Shown here in pieces: positions 34,140-42,266 of a stretch of 42,266 nucleotides of DNA. The DNA is taken from NCBI RefSeq assembly GCF_001194135.2, contig NC_068984.1, positions 143,487,223 through 143,529,488 of the forward strand. Reading direction: 5' to 3'. Position numbers and translations under genes: made by a program. The stretch's first letter is position 1; the number at the start of each line of letters is the position of its first letter. This DNA is from Octopus bimaculoides (lineage: Eukaryota). The notes under the pieces were generated by a model, which saw nothing but the letters and a program-made list of their open reading frames with translations, made no database searches and had not been told where the DNA came from.

Positions 34140-35805
34140 CCAATTACTGCAACATTCACTTAAAATCGCGGTGCTTAAGTACCTGGGACTCTGCAGGAGA
34201 TAATGGTTCCCGTAGAAACAAGGGGCACTAAAAATATATTGCATCTGGTTACAGACTAGGAATCTAGAAGAACTGCTGTTTCCTTTACTTTTGATTGTTA
34301 TTATTGCCATCCTTGTTGCTGTTTCACCTCAGGTCATCTCTAATAAAACACACATTACTTATTATTAAAAACCACTCTTGCCGTGACCATTCCCATTAGC
34401 TTTCTGCATTATTATATTGAGGATAGCATTTTATGTCGAGTGAACACTAGTTGTGGCTGTTAATAAGTGAAGCGCCCCCATGCGCTTAATCTTTGAACCT
34501 TACCCTTGAGCTTGTCGGTTGTGATGATGGCCAAAGTAGAGTTATATGTTCGACTTAGTAAATGAATAATAAGATTTTCGCAATATTTAGGCCAGGGGTG
34601 TAGTGGTCCACGTAGCTAAATAGTTGAATGATCTCCCTTACAAGAGAGATTATAGAGTAACCTCCCTTTACGAAGTTTCTCGAAGCTTCTGTGTCATGAG
34701 ACGTGATCCTTAATTATTCAAGAAGCATAGCGTTTCTCTTGGAAGTTTCTAGAATATCTAGCGTTCCATTAGTAAAAACAGCTTGCTAACCCTGTTCTTC
34801 GCTTCTTAGTCGATTAGACTTAGAGCCATTCACGTCATTTCTATGTCCGTCTATTTCTCTACGCCACAAGACTGAAAACCACCTCCTAGCTGTTATTTCT
34901 ACATTTTCTGTCTCTGAACTTTCTTATATAGATTATTACTTCATTCAACTAGATTCTACATATTGATTATGTTTCATCGTCGACAAATAAATTAAATATA
35001 TTTTAATGTAGTAAATATATAGTTCTTAATTTTATTCTTCTTCCCTGTAAGAATTCCTCTAATATTATACACGCAGCCCTATCAATACTTGATACTGAAC
35101 ATATATCCCCACTACAGGGATATATGTCCATCACAATTTATAATTTGAGGGATATTTTGTTGTAACGTCTTGCTTGAGGAATGACCGTAAAGAATAGCTA
35201 TTTCTTTATTGCCCACCAGGGACTAAACACATAGTGAACAATACAACTGATTGGGGTCAGTAGTCCGTTATGGTTTTTACATAAAATGTGACTTTAAAAT
35301 TTGAATAAAATATAAAATTCGAATGATATTAACAAAACAAAAGAAACAACACAAATGTAGCGATGATCAGGCCACACTCCGACCCCACAAGCCCCGATCT
35401 ATCGCTGGTGCCTTTTTATAAAATATAGCGGTTTCCAAATTATAGAATTGCGATCTTAACTGGATCACGGTCTAATTTAGAAAGCGTGGGTGGCAAAAAC
35501 AAAACATCTTACATTTGAAAATTACAATAACTTATGACGTCATGTTTACAGCAGCCGAAAATATAAAAGCATATTTTTCTATGAAAAAATATTAAATGTG
35601 AATTTTATTAAATTTTTTGAATATTGATTTTTATTTGAAATATTTGAAATATTTTAACAAAAGGATGTCGTGATTGGTTATTGGTTTACCAGCTTGGGTT
35701 CCATTGATTCTAATATTTGGACCTTCAGATATAGAAGATACCGAATTTGTTCTTCCGAATGCCTTTGGTCTCTAGAAGCCCTTCCTATACCTTGATCAAA
35801 ACAAC

Positions 35806-35941
35806 AGAACAGCCTGCGTATGAAATTAACGTGCAAGTGGCTGAGCACGTCACAGACACGTGTACCCTTAACGTAGTTCTCGGGGAAATTCAGTGTGACA
35901 CAGAGTGTGACAAGGCTGGCCCCTTTGAAATACAGGTACAA
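35806..35941 (-). mobile_element. SINE body fragment (same body as 17445-17640)
   Basis: ACAGCCTGC..TGAAATTAACGTGCAAGTGGCTGAG.AC..CACAGACACGTGTACCCTTAACGTAGTTCTCG...GCTGGCCC.TTTGAAATACAGGTAC shared with 17505-17632. Confidence 0.9.
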
Positions 35942-36553
35942 CAGAAACAGGAAGAAAGAAAGGGAGAAAGTTGTGGCGAAAGAGTAAAGCAGGGTTCNNN
36001 NNNNNNNNNNNNNNNNNNNNNNNNNNNNNNNNNNNNNNNNNNNNNNNNNNNNNNNNNNNNNNNNNNNNNNNNNNNNNNNNNNNNNNNNNNNNNNNNNNNN
36101 NNNNNNNNNNNNNNNNNNNNNNNNNNNNNNNNNNNNNNNNNNNNNNNNNNNNNNNNNNNNNNNNNNNNNNNNNNNNNNNNNNNNNNNNNNNNNNNNNNNN
36201 NNNNNNNNNNNNNNNNNNNNNNNNNNNNNNNNNNNNNNNNNNNNNNNNNNNNNNNNNNNNNNNNNNNNNNNNNNNNNNNNNNNNNNNNNNNNNNNNNNNN
36301 NNNNNNNNNNNNNNNNNNNNNNNNNNNNNNNNNNNNNNNNNNNNNNNNNNNNNNNNNNNNNNNNNNNNNNNNNNNNNNNNNNNNNNNNNNNNNNNNNNNN
36401 NNNNNNNNNNNNNNNNNNNNNNNNNNNNNNNNNNNNNNNNNNNNNNNNNNNNNNNNNNNNNNNNNNNNNNNNNNNNNNNNNNNNNNNNNNNNNNNNNNNN
36501 NNNNNNNNNNNNNNNNNNNNNNNNNNNNNNNNNNNNNNNNNNNNNNNNNNNNN

Positions 36554-36663
36554 CGTCTATCAAATCCTCTGACCAGACTTTGGTGCCCAAGGTACCATGC
36601 TGTGGAACTGAACCTGCAAACATGCGGTTGAGAAAAGAACTCTTTATCCCACAGCCACGTCTG
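36554..36663 (-). mobile_element. SINE family 'C' 5' part with internal deletion
   Basis: Reverse complement GCAGACGTGGCTGTGGGATAAAGAG...CAGGTTCAGTTCCACAGCATGGTACCTTGGGCA|CCAAAGTCTGGTCAGAGGATTTGATAGAC; lacks ~28 nt present in 32100-32208. Confidence 0.75.
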
Positions 36664-37082
36664 CATATTTCTGTTTTTTTTTTTGTTTTGTTTTTTTGTT
36701 AGTTGCTGATTAAGGCCACGTCAGCCCTAATCGTGTGGAACAAATCTCAACTCAAAGACATTCCAGAACTTGTAAGTCCAGCAGCATTCATTGCTCAACT
36801 TGTCCTTTCTTTAAAACTTTAGTGTGTGTACGCATGTGTTTGTATGCGCACACGTTGGTGTACGCCTCTGTGTCTGAGTCTGTTTGATTTTAGCTAGATT
36901 TAGCTGCTATTTCTGGTGCGACGAGTGAAAATGTAGACGGCTGCAATGTTCTGAGGATTCTTTCATCTTTCTGCTCTTAATCATGCAAACCATCGAACAA
37001 TGGCCACGAGGGACCCCCTGGAACAGTTTCTCTCTGTACAGCCTCAAACTCGTACAGATCTTTATCGTCTCGGTATTTCACG

Positions 37083-37180
37083 GTTCTGATTTCGAATCCC
37101 AGGGGCATTATGTTTGCCTTTCATACCTCGGAGGTCGATAAACGAAATAATTGGATTCACTCAGTCGACTAGGCCGCACT
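37083..37180 (+). mobile_element. Decayed SINE family 'A' fragment
   Basis: GTTCTGATTTCGAATCCC...TTTGCCTTTCATACCTCGGAGGTCGATAAA...AGTCGACTAGGCC. Confidence 0.6.
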
Positions 37181-37228
37181 CTGCAAACAGGGAGAGACTT
37201 TCTGACAGCTTCGGTCAGAAGGGAATCA

Positions 37229-37266
37229 ATACAACAGCAACAACAACAGCTACTACTACTGCTGCT

Positions 37267-37297
<31 letters not shown>

Positions 37298-37413
37298 ATG
37301 ATGATACTACTATTGCTACTACTACTCCTACTACTGTTGCCGCTGCTGCTACTACTACTACTACTACTACTACTAATAATAATAATAATAATAATAATAA
37401 NNNNNNNNNNCTG

Positions 37414-37493
<80 letters not shown>

Positions 37494-37686
37494 GCTGCTG
37501 CTACCCATTACTACTACTCACAACCACCTCCTCTACTACTACTACTACTACTACTACTATTATAGCTACTGTTATTGGTACACCACAACCACTACAGCAA
37601 CCACCATTACTTTCCCATTCTAAATCCTTACAGCCACCACGACTACTACTACTACTACTACTACCATCACCACCACCACCACAACC

Positions 37687-37723
<37 letters not shown>
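37229..37723. repeat. Compound triplet array (CAA, CTA, CTG, GAT, TAA, CAC)
   Basis: Direct reading; 10-N gap at 37401-37410. Confidence 0.95.
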
Positions 37724-38294
37724 NNNNNNNNNNNNNNNNNNNNNNNNNNNNNNNNNNNNNNNNNNNNNNNNNNNNNNNNNNNNNNNNNNNNNNNNNNNNN
37801 NNNNNNNNNNNNNNNNNNNNNNNNNNNNNNNNNNNNNNNNNNNNNNNNNNNNNNNNNNNNNNNNNNNNNNNNNNNNNNNNNNNNNNNNNNNNNNNNNNNN
37901 NNNNNNNNNNNNNNNNNNNNNNNNNNNNNNNNNNNNNNNNNNNNNNNNNNNNNNNNNNNNNNNNNNNNNNNNNNNNNNNNNNNNNNNNNNNNNNNNNNNN
38001 NNNNNNNNNNNNNNNNNNNNNNNNNNNNNNNNNNNNNNNNNNNNNNNNNNNNNNNNNNNNNNNNNNNNNNNNNNNNNNNNNNNNNNNNNNNNNNNNNNNN
38101 NNNNNNNNNNNNNNNNNNNNNNNNNNNNNNNNNNNNNNNNNNNNNNNNNNNNNNNNNNNNNNNNNNNNNNNNNNNNNNNNNNNNNNNNNNNNNNNNNNNN
38201 NNNNNNNNNNNNNNNNNNNNNNNNNNNNNNNNNNNNNNNNNNNNNNNNNNNNNNNNNNNNNNNNNNNNNNNNNNNNNNNNNNNNNNNNNNNNNN

Positions 38295-38548
38295 ATATCT
38301 TCACTCAGCTGTTTTCAGTCCCACCCATTCTCTCTTCCTCTCCTTCCTCTTCTCTCTTCATCTCCCAACACTCCTTACTCTTTTGCTCCTAACTTTCCTT
38401 ACTCTTCAAACTGACCACTCTCTTCTCACGCTCTCCCCCAACTCTCTTTAATCTCTTCACTAATCTCCATCACTCATTCCTCTTCAGACTCCAATTTCCT
38501 CTAAATATCTTTACCATTTTTACTCTCATACTTCTTACCTCTTCTTAT

Positions 38549-38610
<62 letters not shown>

Positions 38611-38720
38611 CTCTTTCATTTCCTCTCAATTTTATCTTTCCTCTTCTTTCTCTTTTCTCTCATCCTTCCTAGATCTTTTCTCTCCCTTTTCCCATTAATC
38701 TCTTATCTCCTGCTTCTCTT
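38295..38720. repeat. Strongly pyrimidine-skewed low-complexity tract including (CT)n 38548-38606
   Basis: Direct reading. Confidence 0.85.
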
Positions 38721-38890
38721 AGAACCTGTTACTTTATCTCTAATCCCTTCATAGACTGACCTCTCCTAAATCACGTGAGAATCTCGCCAGAAGTATATCG
38801 CTTCCTCCGCAAATTTTTCTCAAATTATGTGAGAAAGTTTTAAAACGTATTAAAAGGATTTGGGGTCTCTTCCCTCAATTGATATTTTTC

Positions 38891-39226
38891 TGAAGTAAAG
38901 ATTGTTTGCCAACATAACATGGCACTCCTGGTTTAGGACGAACGTTGCTGTAGTTTAGCTCCAGGAGACATCGTCTCCAACTGGCTATATGACACGATCT
39001 GTATCCTTATATTTTCGAACAAGGGAATCTAGCACTCCCACTCAGCTCAAAACAATATCTGTGTATCGCGATTTCCGGGTGCTAGATTCCCTTGTTCGAA
39101 AATGTAAGGATATAGATTGTGTCGTATAGCCAGCTGGAGACGATGTCTCCTGGGGCTAAATTACAGCCACATTCGTCCTAAACCAGGACTGCCATGTTGT
39201 TATGTTGACAAACAATCTTTACTTCA
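38891..39226. mobile_element. Foldback / MITE-like element: 145/148-bp inverted arms with a 43-bp spacer
   Basis: Arms 38891-39035 and 39079-39226; by hand 11 substitutions plus one 3-nt indel (~92% identity); right end followed by AAG-TA; left TSD not clean. Confidence 0.8.
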
Positions 39227-39439
39227 AAGTACTGTTGCTAAATATCTCACGTTGTGAGATTTAAAAATAGTAATTTTCTGATATTTTTCTGTTTCCTCCT
39301 TCTCCGACTTAAAATGCTTTACTGAAAGTTTAAATGTGTGCCCTGAGTCAGCACGGAAGCAGAGCAGCAGCTCAAAGACCGCAGATCCATGTGCCTAGGT
39401 ATTGTAGTCAAGGCGAAAGCCAAAATTTCCAGGACAAAA

Positions 39440-40170
39440 TCGCTCGACCGCCTTCAGGAAGGTCCAGGGTCTAAAGGTAAATACTGTTTACTCAGATGAT
39501 TCGCCGGTGGCTCTAAACAAGTGCAGCAGTAAGGACTACAATGGAGAGATGCATCAGACTAGAGGCTATTTATGAAATGTTGACTGTCCACATTCGAGTG
39601 GACACTTTGAAGAGCCGCCAGATCAGATTGAGTTTCAGTAGAGGCAGGCATGCATTCGTTATTGTAAATGCATGTGTTATGGCTTCAAAAGCTTCGGAGA
39701 TAGACGTGGCCGACAGCATACTAGAAGAGTAGCAGACCAGTAGCGGAGCAAGTACAAGCCGGCACAAATCAATGGATAAATGCATGCTGGCAAAATCCGA
39801 TGTCTGTTAATGGCTCTAAGATTCGGATAAGGTGCTCGAGATCTGATTCGAACCGGAACTGCAGGTGAGTAAGAACGAAGAGGATGGAAGCAAATTGACC
39901 ATTCTCACTCAGAATAAACCGAGAGGAGGTTGTCGCAGAAAAATCTGGCGGAAATCTCTAATACCGAAACCGCTTCGAAGGTGTATTATCGACTGACTGT
40001 CGTACCTTGTCCGAAGCTACATAGGAGCGGCTGGGAGCACAGGTTTTACCGCTTCTTGAGAAAGGAACAGGATCTAATGGTTAGGAACTCCATCTCGTGG
40101 TGGTTCCGAGATACTAACGCTGTTGATGTGCCTTCATGCAGAGAGGCTGACTCACCTACAGAAATATCTG
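39440..40170 (+). pseudogene. Decayed RTE-clade LINE apurinic-endonuclease (APE) fragment
   Basis: Motifs in the expected order across frameshifts: LQE; TVYSD (cf. YSG); EWT.LKSRQIRLSF (cf. EW.PVSSRII.ARF); VIVNACV..S.ASEIDVADSILEE* (cf. TII..YAPT.....D.FYEEL); NEEDGSKL (cf. NENGERL); KNLAEISNT (cf. NL.I.NT); VDVPSCREAD (cf. LDVRSYRGAD). Confidence 0.55.
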
Positions 40171-40261
40171 GATCCCAGCGATGGTGATGATGATGAAGAC
40201 ATAGAGGCACAAGTTTTGGCGCCCTTTATTCGACACGACAGGGTGCAGTTTTTGTCTTTGA

Positions 40262-40607
40262 ATTGTATTTCGTCTGCCTTTACGTTCTGAGTTCAAATTC
40301 CACCGAGGTCATCTTTGCCTTTCAAGCTTTCGGGGTCGATATATGAAGTACCGGTGAAACACAGGGATCGACGCAATCGACTAGTCCCTCCCTACGAAAT
40401 TTCAGGCCTTGTGCTTTTAGCAGAAAGGGTTATTATTATGATACTAAGGCGGTGAATTGGAAGAACCGTTACAGCACCGAACGAAATGCTTACTGGCATT
40501 TCGTCAGTTATTAACTTCTGAGTTCGCTTTCCGATGAGGTCGACTTTACCTTTCATCTTATGATGTAATCGACTTAGCTCCTTCCCCGAAATCGCTGGCC
40601 TTGTGCC

Positions 40608-40608
<1 letters not shown>
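40262..40608 (+). mobile_element. Two head-to-tail SINE family 'A' copies (40262-40435; 40445-40608 with core deletion)
   Basis: GTATTTCGTCTGCCTTTACGTTCTGAGTTCAAATTCC...GGCCTTGTGC; second copy starts TAAGGCGGTGAATTGG and jumps from CCTTTCATCTTA to TGATGTAATCGACT. Confidence 0.85.

Positions 40609-40680
<72 letters not shown>
40609..40680. repeat. (GTA)n microsatellite at the SINE 3' end
   Basis: Direct reading. Confidence 0.95.
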
Positions 40681-40694
40681 TGAGCGTTCAGCTT

Positions 40695-40950
40695 TCGTCG
40701 AACGACCTGCAGATATGATTCGTTTATTGTGATCAAATTTATGTGCCACACATTAGATCCCTCTCTGTCCATCAAATCCACGTTACCTGAGCAGGTGCAC
40801 TGTGTGGGCCACGCGTCAGGAGTTCGAAGTGATCACAAAGCAACGTGCGATGAAGGAATTTGCTCAAGAACATAATGCCCCAACCCTGTCTAGGAATTGA
40901 ACTCATGATTGCTACATCATAAGAGCAACACCCTAACCACCAGACCATGC
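40695..40950 (-). mobile_element. tRNA-derived SINE with a further distinct body
   Basis: Minus-strand head GCGCATGGTCTGGTGGTTAGGGTGTTGC...CATGAGTTCAATTCC, then TTCTTGAGCAAA...CACGTTGCT, then a body unlike the other copies. Confidence 0.7.
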
Positions 40951-40957
40951 GCCCTCA

Positions 40958-40994
<37 letters not shown>

Positions 40995-40995
40995 G

Positions 40996-41040
<45 letters not shown>

Positions 41041-41120
41041 TTGAACACCGACGCCAATGGCATTACCACCACCACCACCACCGCCGCAGCATCAGCATCA
41101 GCACATACATCACACCACCA
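40958..41120. repeat. (CAG)/(TAG)/(CAC)n compound microsatellite
   Basis: Direct reading. Confidence 0.95.
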
Positions 41121-41159
41121 CCTCCACAAAATAGAAAGAAAATTCTTGGATGTCACTCG

Positions 41160-41410
41160 ATATATTAGAAAGAGCAGCCAAATCTCTCTGAAATTAAACA
41201 AAGAAGGATACATCGATTAACATAGTTAAGACATCACTAAAATACGTGATGGCCACAACTGGAATACCTATCCTCATAGATGGAGCTGCTTGATCACAGG
41301 TCTGACCCCAAGTTAAACAGCAGACATGTTAGGAACAGAACGAGAACCACGAACATCGCTATTAGATGGACGGTCGACAAGCTAGAAATAGTAGCTAAAT
41401 AACACTAAAA
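41160..41410 (+). mobile_element. Cluster of short SINE-tail fragments (TAGAAA(T/G)AG(C/T)AGC(C/T)AAAT type at ~41163 and ~41380; GACCTGGGG-family tail at 41245-41325)
   Basis: Mutual similarity and reverse-complement match to 36895-36925 and 15712-15800. Confidence 0.45.
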
Positions 41411-41562
41411 TCCATTCTGATATTCATAAGACTAATTCAGATAGTATTAAAATTAGACGCATGTTAGCTGAATGAATAAAAAAAAACAAAAGAGATGGTC
41501 ACGGAAGGATCGTTTGTATGTTAGTGAGTTTAGTTACTCTGGAGTGACCTGAAGTTAAAGAC

Positions 41563-41782
41563 AACAACAGCAGCAACAGCAGCAGCAGCAACCACAACAA
41601 GATGTGAAGACTTCCCACCAGCAGCACCACCACCACCACCACTTGTAGTACTTCAACGCTAGCATTGCAGCCACCACTATGAAACTATGGCCCAAACCAC
41701 CATCACCTCCACCAGCACAAACACAGTATTCAATATCATTACCACTACTACTACTACTACTACTACGACTACTACTACTACG

Positions 41783-41826
<44 letters not shown>

Positions 41827-41850
41827 CAACAGCACTGCCACCGCCACCTT
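41563..41850. repeat. Compound triplet array (CAG/CAA/CAC/CTA)
   Basis: Direct reading. Confidence 0.95.
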
Positions 41851-42029
41851 CCTCTGGTATTAACATAACACGGTTGGTTGTATTGGCAAAATACAAGATT
41901 CAGCTAATAACGTGAATGTTGGTGACGTCATCGTGTATAGGTTTGTTGTCCACCAATAGAAATGGTGTTCTTGTACTTAGCTGACACTGTCTTCTCTGGA
42001 GGGAAATAACACGACCAAGATAAACTGAA

Positions 42030-42234
42030 GATGTGTGTATGTGCGTGTGCATGCGTGTGTGTGTGTGTGTGTGTATGTGAGTGTGTGTGTGTTTTGTGAG
42101 TGAGAGGGAGAATGTGTATGTTTGTGTCTGTGTGCGTGTGGGTGTGCATGAATGTATTCAAACATTATTGCGTAAAGTATATATTAGTATTAAATATGTG
42201 TGTGCGCGTGTGTGTGCGTATGTGTCTATGTACA

Positions 42235-42266
<32 letters not shown>
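42030..42266. repeat. (TG)/(TA)n microsatellite
   Basis: Direct reading. Confidence 0.95.

Noticed and set aside
35099-35127. 11-bp AT-rich hairpin (also a 12-bp hairpin at 23634-23660 and a 10-bp inverted repeat at 13352-13397)
   Set aside because: Expected occasionally in TA-rich sequence; no associated termini or TSDs
39149-39160. 12-mer CCTGGGGCTAAA shared between the foldback arm and the SINE-like tail at 15722-15734
   Set aside because: Similarity does not extend on either side; insufficient to claim a relationship
40686-40712. CTGCAG-GTC(GTTC)GAC-GAA-AGCT-G hammerhead-like string on the minus strand
   Set aside because: Core lacks A6 and A9, position 17 is G (non-cleavable), stem I is absent, and it lies at a SINE end

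Overview
Eukaryotic, repeat-saturated scaffold segment with about 5 kb in 15 N-gaps. The microsatellite density and SINE families look like a coleoid cephalopod (Octopus-like) genome; this is inferred from recollection, not verified. I find no intact host gene, tRNA, rRNA or CRISPR array. Nearly all long ORFs in the track are translations of di/tri/tetranucleotide repeats or run through gaps. Recognisable content: two decayed R4/Dong-clade non-LTR retrotransposons (one embedded in TAA repeats), two RTE-clade LINE pieces, one clear Penelope-like GIY-YIG fragment and two weaker Penelope RT relics, a three-part mariner mosaic with an inverted middle, a 336-bp foldback element, about 20 tRNA-derived SINE copies or fragments from several modular families, a 265-bp direct duplication, a 31-bp minisatellite and many compound microsatellites. 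The best hunt result is a set of 4-6 unrelated minimal type-I hammerhead-ribozyme-like motifs, with different palindromic stem III sequences in the best cases. One has a compensatory U3-A8 core, and the four best-formed all lie on the minus strand. All alignments were done by eye; element boundaries are approximate (about +/-10-20 nt) unless stated.
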